Position numbers and translations under genes: made by a program. This document shows, piece by piece, positions 1 to 8,816 of a DNA stretch of 64,000 bases. The stretch's first letter is position 1, and each line of letters opens with the position of its first letter. This stretch comes from Vicinamibacterales bacterium. Lineage in GTDB: Bacteria; Acidobacteriota; Vicinamibacteria; Vicinamibacterales; Vicinamibacteraceae. The stretch lies in the NCBI GenBank assembly GCA_963721565.1, contig CAVRKP010000007.1, positions 155,608 through 219,607 of the forward strand, read 5' to 3'. Under the pieces are notes generated by a model. That model had not been told where the DNA came from. It made no database searches and saw only the letters and a program-made list of their open reading frames with translations.

Positions 1-191
1 CGCCGTGCTCGCCATCGTCCGCGAGGTGATCGCGCCGCGAGGCCGACGCGGTCGCGCAATACCGCAAGGGCAAGCAGGCCGCGCTCGGCTTCCTCACCGG
101 CCAGGTGATGAAGGCGGCCAAGGGCAAGGCCAACCCCAAGCTCGCCGGCAGCCTGCTGGCGCGCGAGCTCGGCCCGCCCGGAGCCCCGTAG
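1..191 (+). CDS. gatB: Asp/Glu-tRNA amidotransferase subunit B, C-terminal end (gene runs off the left edge; one frame break near 38-42)
   Basis: Translation [45 protein letters not shown] ending at TAG 189-191 is the conserved GatB/YqeY-type tail. The preceding AIVREVIA lies one frame away. Confidence 0.8.
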
Positions 192-197
192 ATCGAC

Positions 198-2543
198 ATG
201 GCGAGGCTGCGCCCGCTGCTGCCGCTCGCCTGGTACGTGCTGCTGGCGGTGGCCTTCACCTGGCCGCTGGCCCGCGATCCGTTCGGGCAGCTCGCGGCGC
301 TGCACGGTCCCGGCGATCCCTACCTCAATCTGTGGATCCTCGGCTGGGATCTCGAGACGATCAGCCGATCGCCGGTCGACGCGCTCACCGGCCGGATCTT
401 CGACGCCCAGATCTTCCACCCGGCCCGCCAGACGCTGACCTACTCGGATCACTTCGTCGTCGTGGCGGCGATGGTCTGGCCGCTCTACGCGATCACGCAG
501 AGCCCGGTCTTCGCCTACAACGCGGTGCTGGTGCTGTCGCTCCTGGCGTCGGCGCTGGCGATGCATCTGTTCGCGCGCGAGGTGACCGGATCGCGATGGG
601 GCGCGCTGGTCGCCGGCACCGTCTGGGGCTTCTGGCCGTACCACGTCGCCCACCTCGGCCACCTCCAGCTGCAGGCGACCTATGCCATGCCGCTGGTCGC
701 CCTGGCGCTGCATCGCCTGGTGGCGCGGCCGACGTGGCGGGCCGCGCTCGCGCTCGGCGCCGCCGGAGCGTTCCAGGCCGCGACGTCGATCTACTACGGC
801 GTCATCGGCGCGGTCGGCGCGGCCGTCAGCCTGGTGTCACTGGTGGTGGCGACCGGCGGCCGCCGCACCGGCAGGGTGCTGCTGCGCGTCGTGCTGGCGG
901 GGATCGTCGGTGGCGTGCTGGTGGCGCCGTTCGTCTGGCCGTATCTGCAGGTGCAGCGGCGCGAGGGCTTCACGCGCAATCTCTTCGAGGCGGCGCGGCA
1001 CGCCGCGACGCCGGCCAGCTACGTCAGCGCTCCGGCGGTCAACGTCGTCTACGGGCGCACCGGGCTGCTGCGGACCGATCGCGGCGCCGAGCACGAGCTC
1101 TTCCCCGGCCTCGTCGTCACGGCGCTCGCGATCTACGGGCTGGTCGTGGCGCGCCGGCGGGGCAGCGGTCCGCTGGCGGCCGCCGCGGTGACGACGCTGC
1201 CTGGCCGGCGCCGTGCTGTCGCTCGGACCGGACGGCGTCCGCGCGCTCTACGCCACGCTGCACGCCTGGGTGTTCGGCTTCCAGGCGATCCGCGCGCCGG
1301 CGCGCTTCGCGCGTGCTGGTGGCGTTCGGGCTGGCGACGCTGGCCGCGATCGGCGCGCGCGAGCATCACCGCCGGCCCGCGCGGGCGCTGGTGGGGTGTC
1401 GCGCTGCTCGCGACTGCTCGCGGTCGAGTACCTGCCCGCGCCGCTGCCGTGGACGCCGGCGCCACGTCTCGACAGTGCGGTGACGGCCTGGCTGCGGGAC
1501 GCGCCCGCGCCCGGCGCCGTCGTCTACCTGCCGATGGGCGGCGACATCGAGAACACGCCCGTCCATGCTCGAGGCGCTCGGGCATCGCCGGCCCATCGTC
1601 AACGGCTACAGCGGCCAGCGGCCGCCGTTCTTCGGCGGCGCGGTCGCCGCGCTGTCGACGTTCCCGAGCGTCGACGGCGCCTGGATGCTGCACGATCTCG
1701 GACGTCCGCTACATCGTGACCCCGACGCCGGTGGACACCGCGGCCTGGCCGCTGGTCGAGCGCACGCGCGCACGGGAGGCGGACGGCCGCGTGCGCTACG
1801 TCTACGAGCTGGCGTGGTCGCCCGAGGTCGAGGCGCGGCTGGGCGAGCCGGCGGCGCCGGTGCCGCCGCCGCCCGGCCCGCTGCCGTTCGCGCCCGGCGA
1901 GCGCCTCGTCTATCGCGTGACCTGGGACGGTCCCGCCGGTGCGCTCGAGGCCGGCGACGTGACGTTCGAGGTCGAGGCGACGCCCCAGCCGGGGCAGCAT
2001 CGCTTCGCCGTCGGCGCGCGCACCGCGCCGTGGGTGGCGCGGTTCTTCGAGGCCGACGATCGGTTCACGACGACGACCGACGACGTCGTGCGTCCGGTGC
2101 TGCACGAGCGCCGGATCCGCGAGGGGCGGCGCGCCCTCGATCAGCGCGTCGTCTACGATCCGGCGGCGCGATCGGCGCAGCCGCAGCACGGCGACGGGCA
2201 GCCGTCCGGGCCGCCGCTGCGGGTCTGGCCCGAGGCCCGCGACGCGGTCGCGGCGCTCTACTACGTCCGCACGCTGTCGCTCGACGCGGGCGGCCGTGTC
2301 ACGGTGCCGATCGTCGAAGGCGGCCAGCACTCGACGCTCGTGCTGGAGCCGGGGGCCATCGAGCGGATGCCGGCCGGCGGCACCACCGTCGAGGCCCGCC
2401 GGGTCGAGGCGCGCCTGGAGCAGCGCGTCCAGCGCCGGCGCATGCCCGAGATCACGCTCTGGGTGGAGCCCGGCGGGGCCCGGCGCCTGATCGCCGCCGA
2501 CATCCGCGCCGTCTTTGGTAATCTGCGCCTGCGCCTGCGATGA
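198..2543 (+). CDS. polytopic membrane protein (GT-C/PMT-like N-terminal part) continuous with a DUF3108-like C-terminal domain; frameshifted (at least 5 breaks between ~1200 and ~1710)
   Basis: ATG 198 lies 7 nt after the gatB stop. The N-terminus MARLRPLLPLAWYVLLAVAFTWPL...HLFAREVTGSRWGALVAGTVWGFWPYHVAHL is multi-helix hydrophobic. The sensible translation then hops frames (LSLGPDGVRALYATLHAWVFGFQAIRAPARFA / VLVAFGLATLAAIGA / LLAVEYLPAPLPWTPAPRLDSAVTAWL / MLEALGHRRPIVNGYSGQRPPFF). It returns to the first frame for GERLVYRVTWDG..AGDVTFEV...ITLWVEPGGARRLIAADIRAVFGNLRLRL, which I recognise as DUF3108-like. No stop separates the two parts, so I cannot decide between one gene and two. Confidence 0.5.
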   Translation: MARLRPLLPLAWYVLLAVAFTWPLARDPFGQLAALHGPGDPYLNLWILGWDLETISRSPVDALTGRIFDAQIFHPARQTLTYSDHFVVVAAMVWPLYAITQSPVFAYNAVLVLSLLASALAMHLFAREVTGSRWGALVAGTVWGFWPYHVAHLGHLQLQATYAMPLVALALHRLVARPTWRAALALGAAGAFQAATSIYYGVIGAVGAAVSLVSLVVATGGRRTGRVLLRVVLAGIVGGVLVAPFVWPYLQVQRREGFTRNLFEAARHAATPASYVSAPAVNVVYGRTGLLRTDRGAEHELFPGLVVTALAIYGLVVARRRGSGPLAAAAVTTLPGRRRAVARTGRRPRALRHAARLGVRLPGDPRAGALRACWWRSGWRRWPRSARASITAGPRGRWWGVALLATARGRVPARAAAVDAGATSRQCGDGLAAGRARARRRRLPADGRRHREHARPCSRRSGIAGPSSTATAASGRRSSAARSPRCRRSRASTAPGCCTISDVRYIVTPTPVDTAAWPLVERTRAREADGRVRYVYELAWSPEVEARLGEPAAPVPPPPGPLPFAPGERLVYRVTWDGPAGALEAGDVTFEVEATPQPGQHRFAVGARTAPWVARFFEADDRFTTTTDDVVRPVLHERRIREGRRALDQRVVYDPAARSAQPQHGDGQPSGPPLRVWPEARDAVAALYYVRTLSLDAGGRVTVPIVEGGQHSTLVLEPGAIERMPAGGTTVEARRVEARLEQRVQRRRMPEITLWVEPGGARRLIAADIRAVFGNLRLRLR

Positions 2544-2550
2544 GCCGCCG

Positions 2551-3211
2551 ATGATCGAGGTCCATTCGCTCTCCAAGAGCTACCGGCCCGGTGTGCACGC
2601 GCTCGCCGACGTGTCCTTCACCGTCGAGAAGGGCGAGTTCGTCTTCCTGACGGGACCGTCCGGCGCGGGCAAGAGCACGCTGCTGCGCCTGCTGCTGCGC
2701 GCCGATCGGCCGACCGCGCGGCGACATCATCGTCAACGGCCGCAACCTCGCGCGCATGAGCGCGAGCCAGGTGCAGGCCTATCGCCGCACCGTCGGCACC
2801 GTCTTCCAGGACTTCAAGCTCATTCCGCGCAAGACCGTCTACGACAACATCGCGCTGCTGCCGCGGCTGATGGGCGAGCCCGAGACGCAGCTGCGGCGCC
2901 GCGCGGTGCAGGCGCTCGCCGAGGTCGGCCTGGCCGGCCGCGAGGACGATCGGCCGCTGACGCTGTCGGGCGGCGAGCAGCAGCGGGTCTCGATCGCGCG
3001 CGCGCTCGTCTACGACCCGACGCTGGTGCTCGCCGACGAACCGACCGGCAATCTCGATCCGGTGCTGTCGCTCGAGGTGATGAGCCTGTTCCGCGCCATC
3101 AACGCCCGCGGCACGACGGTGCTGGTGGCGACGCACGATCGCGCGCTGATCCGGCACCTGGGCAAGCGCGTCATCACCCTCGAGCACGGCCACGTCACCG
3201 AGACCATATGA
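2551..3211 (+). CDS. ftsE: cell division ABC transporter ATP-binding protein FtsE (one +1 frame break near 2712)
   Basis: ATG 2551, [14 protein letters not shown], Walker [10 protein letters not shown]. After the break it continues [10 protein letters not shown]...[15 protein letters not shown] (ABC signature) and [12 protein letters not shown] (Walker B). The stop overlaps the ftsX start (ATGA at 3208-3211). Confidence 0.9.
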
Positions 3212-4096
3212 TCGCGCTGCTGCGCTACTCGCTCGGCGAAGCGTCCCTGAGCCTGGCGCGCGGCTGGCGTTCCGGCCTGCTGGCCATCGCGATCATCGCC
3301 GCCGCGGTGTTCATCGCCGGCGCGGTGCTCCTGGTGTCGATCAACGTCGACCGCATCCTCGAGCGGCTGGCGGCGACGGCCGAGCTCACCATCTACCTGA
3401 AGCCGGGCGACGGCGAGCGCGAGCGCACGGCGGTCGGCGCGCTGCTCGGTTCGCATCCGGCCGTGACCTCGTCGAACTTCGTCGGCGCCGACGCGGCGCT
3501 GGCCCGCTTCAGGCGCGAGCTGCCGGACCTGGCGGCGCTGGTCGGGACGCTCGACGAGAACCCGCTGCCGTCGGCCTTCGACGTGCGGCTGCGCGACGGC
3601 GTCAGCGATGCCGACACGCGCAGCCTCGTGCAGGCGCTGCAGCGCGACCGGCGCCGTCGAGGACGTCCGCTACGATCGGCGCATCTTCGACCGGCTGAGT
3701 GACGGCCTGCGCATCCTGCGGCAGGGCGGCTTCATCCTCGCCGCGATCATCGTGCTGACGGCGATCGTCACCATCACGAGTGTGCTGCGGCTGGCCTATC
3801 TGCAGCGCCGCGACGAGACCGCGGTCCTGTTCCTGCTGGGCATGCCGCCCTCGGCGATCCGCGGGCCGTTCGTCGTCGAGGGCGTGCTGCAGACGCTGGC
3901 CGGCGCCATCGTCGCGGTCCTGCTGCTGTGGGTCGCGTTCGGGGCGGTCAACGCCCAGGTCGGGCCGGAGATCAGCCAGGCGTTCGGAACCGGCGCGGCC
4001 GTGTTCCTGTCGAGCGGGCTGGTGGCGGCGCTGATCGTGGCGAGCGTGCTGGTGGGGGCGCTGGCCGGCCTCGTCGCCGCCTGGAAAGAACCTTGA
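3208..4096 (+). CDS. ftsX: cell division permease-like protein FtsX (one +1 frame break near 3650)
   Basis: Sits directly after ftsE and is start-stop coupled to it. It has an N-terminal TM helix (LLAIAIIAAAVFIAGAVLLV), a periplasmic loop and a C-terminal three-helix region (FILAAIIVLTAIVTITSVLRLAYLQRRDETAVLFLLGMPPSAIRGPFVVEG...), the typical FtsX layout. Confidence 0.85.
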
Positions 4097-4121
4097 CAGT
4101 GCCCGACGCGGACCTTACAGT
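4093..4121 (+). promoter_or_regulatory. sigma-70-type promoter candidate TTGACA-N17-TACAGT
   Basis: TTGACA at 4093-4098 (overlapping the ftsX stop), an exactly 17-nt spacer, then TACAGT at 4116-4121. It lies about 100 nt upstream of the small ORF starting at 4223. Confidence 0.4.
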
Positions 4122-4222
4122 GGTTTTACCGGCTCATCGCCACGGTCACTGTTTCCACAGGTATGCCGAGTGCCAGTCGCCGCCGCGTAACCAGGTTCGA
4201 TGCGACGCTCCCCGCGTCGCCC

Positions 4223-4480
4223 ATGTCGTCCCAACTGTCCTGTCCAACGAAGATCCGAGAAGCGTTCATCCGCGACGAGCTCATGCGGCACCGTCAGTGC
4301 CTGCACGCACAGTCGGAGAACTTCTCGCCGCGGGCCGTCGCTCAGGTCGAGCAGGCCATTTGTCACACCCTCGAGCACCTGGGCGAGCTGTGCGACAACT
4401 GCGACTGCGAGCGCATCCTGCGGCAGCTCGATCAGGTGACGAACCTGTCCGCCTGGTCCGACCCCAAGCAGCACCACTGA
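4223..4480 (+). CDS. small Cys/His-rich hypothetical protein (85 aa; an in-frame alternative start exists at 4163)
   Basis: MSSQLSCPTKIREAFIRDELMRHRQCLHAQSENFSPRAVAQVEQAICHTLEHLGELCDNCDCERILRQLDQVTNLSAWSDPKQHH. Third codon positions are strongly G/C as in the neighbouring genes, so it is probably coding. Local GC is about 64% against about 72% in the flanks (hand count). There is no frame break. Confidence 0.55.
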   Translation: MSSQLSCPTKIREAFIRDELMRHRQCLHAQSENFSPRAVAQVEQAICHTLEHLGELCDNCDCERILRQLDQVTNLSAWSDPKQHH

Positions 4481-4505
4481 TCGTTCCGGCCAACCGGCTG
4501 TCGTC

Positions 4506-5862
4506 ATGAGTTCGCGTCTCCGAATTGGACGGCGTGCTCGTGCGGCTGCGCGCCGAGGCGCGAGCCATCGCCGCCGCCGGCGTCGACGGCGGTGGATGCC
4601 GGACGCCGCCTGCGTCCGGCCCTCGACGCGTGGCTGGCTGCCCGTCCCGGTCGTGGTGGCGTCCGGGTCGTGGCGGCGGGGAAGGCCGCCGGGGTGATGA
4701 TGCGGACGGCGCTCGACGCCGGCCTGATGATCGAGCGGGGGCTGATCGTCTCGACCCACTGGCAGGGCGAGTGGCCGGCCTCGATCGCGACGATCAAGGC
4801 CGGGCACCCGATCCCGACAGACGCCAGCGAAGCCGCGGGCCGCGCGGCGCTCGAGCTCGCCCGTGGCGCGGCCGCCGACGAGTCGCTGGTCGTGCTGCTC
4901 TCGGGCGGCGCCTCGGCGCTGTTGTGCGCGCCCGCCGACGGCGTCACGCTGGCCGACAAGCAGGCGACGACCAGGCTGCTGCTCGAGGCCGGCGCCTCGA
5001 TCGACGAGCTGAACGCCGTGCGCAAGCACCTGTCGGCGGTGAAGGGCGGCGGGCTGGCGGCCGCGGCGCGGTGCGAGGTCGTCACCTTCGCGCTCTCGGA
5101 CGTCGTCGGACCGCGTGCCCGACGATCCCGGCGTCATCGGATCGGGGCCGACCGCGCCGGATGCATCGACCTGGGCCGATGCGCGTCGCCGTCGTCACGC
5201 GTCGCGGCGTGCTGGCGCGCCTGCCGGCGGCCGTGCGCGAACGACTCGAGGCTGGCGCGCGCGGCGAGATCGCCGAGACGCCGAAGCCCGGCGATCCGCG
5301 ACTGGCGCGGGCGACGTGGCACCTGATCGGCAGTCGCGTCGACGCGATGGACGCGGCGCGCAACATCGCCATCGATCGCGGCTTTTCGACGATCACGATC
5401 GAGGCGCCGATCGTCGGCGAGGCGCGCGACGCCGGGCCGGCGTTCGTGGCCCGCGCGCTCGAGGTGTCGCGGCGGCTGCCGCGGCCCGTCTGCGTCGTCG
5501 GGGCGGGAGAGACCACGGTGCGCGTGGTCGGCCGCGGCCAAGGGCGGGCGCAACCAGGAGATGGCGCTGGCCGTCGCCGCGACGCTGGCCGCGCTCCGGG
5601 AGCCGGCCGCGTTCCTCAGCACGGGCACCGACGGCATCGACGGTCCGACCGACGCCGCCGGCGGCCTGGTCGACTCGTCGACGCAGCCCGCGGGCGCGCT
5701 CACTCGGGCGTCGACATCGAGGCGAGCCTGGCCGACAACGACGCGTATCACGCGCTCGAGCGACTCGGCGATCTGGTCCGCACCGGACCGACGGACACCA
5801 ACGTCGGCGATCTGCAGGTGCTGGTGATCGGCGATCCGGCCCCGCCGAGCCCTACGTCATGA
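4506..5862 (+). CDS. glycerate kinase / hydroxypyruvate reductase family (DUF4147 + MOFRL), frameshifted (six consecutive +1 breaks; start uncertain, 4506 or 4525)
   Basis: Segments recovered across the frames: [115 protein letters not shown]. Stop at 5860-5862. Confidence 0.8.
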
Positions 5863-6384
5863 CCGAGAGTCCGAACCCGCCACCGCCAGCGCCGACCGCG
5901 CCGACCAGGCCCGCCCCTGCCGCCGGGCTCGCCGCGCCGGCCGCCCGCGCATCTGGCAGGCCGCTCGCTGCTGTTCCTCGCCTTCGGGCTGCTGGCGGGC
6001 GGTTCCTGCGCGGCCTTTCTCGGCGGCATCGGTCGGCGGCAGCGGATCGTGCCGAGCGACGTGTGGTCGCTTCCTCTTCGTCGCCAGCGTCCCGCTCGCG
6101 GCCGGGGCCTTCGCCCTGCTGGTCTTCCGCCTGTGGCGCCGCCGGCTTCGCCGAGGCGTGGCCGAGCGTCGGGCAGGCGGTGCTGATGGGCGTCGCCGGC
6201 GGCGGGCCTGGCCGTCGGCGGCTGCGGCGGCTGGGCGATGACCATGGAGGCGTCCGAGATCTGGCCGGTCGCGATGGCCCTCGGCGCGGTGTTCGTGCTG
6301 GGAACGGCGCTGGCGACCGGGGCCGCTGAGCTGTTCGCGATCGCCATCCTCCGCCTGATCTTCAAGCGGCCGGGAGCGCGATGA
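5859..6384 (+). CDS. small polytopic membrane protein, hypothetical, frameshifted (about 4 +1 breaks)
   Basis: ATG 5859 overlaps the glycerate kinase stop (ATGA). It has a Pro/Ala-rich N-terminus and then hydrophobic helices recovered frame by frame: SLLFLAFGLLAGGSCAAFLGGI, FLFVASVPLAAGAFALLVFRLWRRR, WPSVGQAVLMGVAGGG, LAVGGCGGWAMTMEASEIWPVAMALGAVFVLGTALATGAAELFAIAILRLIFKR. Stop at 6382-6384. Confidence 0.45.
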
Positions 6385-6825
6385 GGCCGCGCGTGTGGCA
6401 CCTGGCGTTGCTGGGCGTCGCTGTTCGCGAGCGCCGCCGCCAGGTCGTGCGCCGAGTTCCTGCGCTACGGACCCTATCCCGCGGGCGAACCCTACGCGAT
6501 CCTCTTCCTGGCGAGCGCGCTGATGGCCGGCGGCCCGCTGGTGCTCGCGGCGTTCCGGATGTGGCGACGCCGGCAGCGCGACGCCTGGCCGACTATCGCG
6601 CTGTCGCGGGCGGATCGCGGCCATCGGCTGTGGCGGTCGCATCCGTCGGGCTACGTCGGCGTGCTCGGCATGGCCCTCCATGTGCCGCTCCGGCTTCGCA
6701 TCGCGTCGGTCGGGTATGCGCTCGTCGCGGTGGCCGCGACCGGCTTCGTCGTGGCGGTCGGCGCCATGCAGCTGCTCGTGATCGCGGCGATCGCGGAGAT
6801 CCGCGGCCGGAGAGCGGCGGCATGA
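6381..6825 (+). CDS. small polytopic membrane protein, paralogue of the preceding gene, frameshifted (at least 1 break near 6420)
   Basis: ATG 6381 overlaps the upstream stop (ATGA). MRPRVWHLALLGV then continues in the +1 frame as LFASAAARSCAEFLRYGPYPAGEPYAILFLASALMAGGPLVLAAFRMWRRRQRD...VGYALVAVAATGFVVAVGAMQLLVIAAIAEIRGRR. It shares the helix-FR(L/M)WRRR motif and the C-terminal helix pattern with 5859-6384. Confidence 0.45.
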
Positions 6826-6901
6826 GCCGGCCGGCGATCGCTTCGCGCATTCCCCGGCGGACGGCGATGCCCGTGTCGCTGCCATCCAGGAAGTAGCCGC
6901 C

Positions 6902-8335
6902 ATGGCCAAGACGCGACCGTACCTGTTCTACGACACCGCGATCTCGATCTGCTCGACCTGCTACCGGCGGGTCGACGCCAAGATCGTCTTCGAGGACGGC
7001 CGCGTGCTGATGCTCAAGCACTGCCCGGTGCACGGCGCCGAGCGCGTGCTGGTCGCCGACGACGTCGACTACTACCGCCGCTGCCGCGAGGTGTTCCTCA
7101 AGGAACCCGAGATGCCGCTGCGCTACAACACGCCGGTCAAGTGGGGCTGCCCCTACGACTGCGGCCTGTGCACCGACCACGAGCAGCACTCGTGCCTGTC
7201 GCTCGTCGAGATCGCCGACGCCTGCAACCTGACCTGCCCGATCTGCTACGCCGACAGCGGCGTGCACCGGCCCGAGTTCCGCGACCTGGCGACGGTGCAG
7301 AAGATGTTCGACGCGGTCGTGCGCAACGAGGGCGAGCCCGACGTCGTGCAGATCTCGGGCGGCGAGCCGACCATCCATCCCGACTTCTTCGCCATCCTCG
7401 ACATGGCCAAGCAGACGCCGATCCGGCACCTGATGGTGAACACCAACGGGATCCGGATCGCGCAGGACGAGGCCTTCGTCGAGCGGCTGGCCGGCTACAT
7501 GCCGAACTTCGAGGTCTACCTCCAGTTCGACTCGTTCGAGCGCGACGCGCTGATGCGGCTGCGCGGCGCCGACCTGCGCGGCATCCGCGAGAAGGCGCTG
7601 GAGCGCCTCAACCGCCACAACCTGTCGACGACGCTCGTCGTCACGGTGGAGAAGGGCGTCAACGACGACGAGATCGGCAAGATCATCGACTTCGCGCTGC
7701 AGCAGCCGTGCGTGCGCGGCGTCACGCTGCAGCCGGTGCAGGCGGCCGGCCGGCTCGAGGGCTACGATCCGGATCGCGATCGGCTGACGCTCACCGAAGT
7801 GCGGCGCTGCATCCTCGAGCAGACGACGGTGTTCCAGCCCGAAGACGTCATCCCGGTGCCGTGCCACCCGGACTCGCTGGCGATGGCCTACGCGCTGAAG
7901 GTCGACGGCAACGTCCTGCCGCTGACCGGGCTGGTCGATCCGAAGGTCCTGATCGAGGGCGGCCGCAACACCATCGTCTACGAGCGCGACCAGCAGGTGC
8001 GCGAGGGCATCCTCAAGCTGTTCGCCACCAACCACTCGCCGTCGTCGAGCATCGGCAGCCTGCAGGACCTGCTGTGCTGTCTGCCGGCGGTGCAGGTGCC
8101 GGAAGGGCTCGGCTACAAGAACCTGTTCCGCATCATCATCATGCAGTTCATCGACGCCTACGCCTTCGACGTGCGCTCGGTGAAGAAGAGCTGCGTGCAC
8201 ATCGTCCACCCGAAGGACGGGCGGCTGATTCCGTTCGACACCTACAACCTGTTCTACCGCGACAACCTCGAGACGACGCGGCTGGCGCCGCTGCGCGCCC
8301 AGCAGGACGCGTGGCGTAACATGGTCGGGGTATGA
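6902..8335 (+). CDS. radical SAM protein, MJ0619 / Tes (tetraether lipid synthase, GDGT-MAS)-like family; intact
   Basis: 477 aa with no frame break. It has CSTC-x20-CPVH at the N-terminus, the Cys box WGCPYDCGLCTDHEQHSC, the radical SAM motif CNLTCPIC (CxxxCxxC) and ISGGEPT. The C-terminal box is CVHIVHPKDGRLIPFDTYNLFYR. The radical SAM call is firm; the subfamily is assigned by pattern recognition only. Confidence 0.8.
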   Translation: MAKTRPYLFYDTAISICSTCYRRVDAKIVFEDGRVLMLKHCPVHGAERVLVADDVDYYRRCREVFLKEPEMPLRYNTPVKWGCPYDCGLCTDHEQHSCLSLVEIADACNLTCPICYADSGVHRPEFRDLATVQKMFDAVVRNEGEPDVVQISGGEPTIHPDFFAILDMAKQTPIRHLMVNTNGIRIAQDEAFVERLAGYMPNFEVYLQFDSFERDALMRLRGADLRGIREKALERLNRHNLSTTLVVTVEKGVNDDEIGKIIDFALQQPCVRGVTLQPVQAAGRLEGYDPDRDRLTLTEVRRCILEQTTVFQPEDVIPVPCHPDSLAMAYALKVDGNVLPLTGLVDPKVLIEGGRNTIVYERDQQVREGILKLFATNHSPSSSIGSLQDLLCCLPAVQVPEGLGYKNLFRIIIMQFIDAYAFDVRSVKKSCVHIVHPKDGRLIPFDTYNLFYRDNLETTRLAPLRAQQDAWRNMVGV

Positions 8336-8816
8336 GCGCCGACGACCTGTCCGACCACGATCGCCGGTCCCCGCGCCGGCGCCGCCGGCGGCGATGTCGC
8401 CGTTCGTCGAAGGTCGCGCATCGCCGCTGGCCGTGGTGGCGCTGCTCGTGCTCGGCGCGTGGCTCTACGGCCGGTCGAGCGGCGCGCCGGATCGCGCCGC
8501 GGCCGACGCGACGCGGCTGCGCATGATGCTGCTCGAGGCGCGCACCCAGGTGCTCGACGCCCAGCTCAGTCTCTACGCCGCCAACTTCGGCAACGCCGCC
8601 CAGCACCTCGAGTACGCCAAGCCGCCGCTGGCCGCCGCGTCCGTCGAGCTGACCCGGCTCGGACTTCGACGACCAGGCGACCAAGGCCGACGCGCGCGCT
8701 GGAGCAGGTGACGACCGCGCCGCGACCTCGCCGCCAAGCTCAGTCTCGACGCCAACAGCAAGGCGGGCGAGGCCTCGAAGCTGCTCGGCGAAGTGCTGTC
8801 GGCCCTGCCGCGCTGA
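8332..8816 (+). CDS. membrane-anchored helical hypothetical protein, frameshifted (start 8332 with an early break, or 8394; further breaks near 8680 and 8720)
   Basis: ATG 8332 overlaps the radical SAM stop (ATGA). The readable core is MSPFVEGRASPLAVVALLVLGAWLYGRSSGAPDRAAADATRLRMMLLEARTQVLDAQLSLYAANFGNAAQHLEYAKPPLAAASVELTRLG. It then continues in other frames as ALEQVTTAPRDLAAKLSLDANSKAGEASKLLGEVLSALPR. Stop at TGA 8814-8816. Confidence 0.5.

Noticed and set aside
198-2543. Treating the single 781-aa ORF 198-2543 as an intact protein.
   Set aside because: Its middle third (about residues 335-500, TTLPGRRRAVARTGRRPRAL...) is Arg-rich nonsense, while sensible hydrophobic and conserved-looking segments appear in the other two frames. 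The ORF stays open only because stops are rare in this GC-rich DNA.
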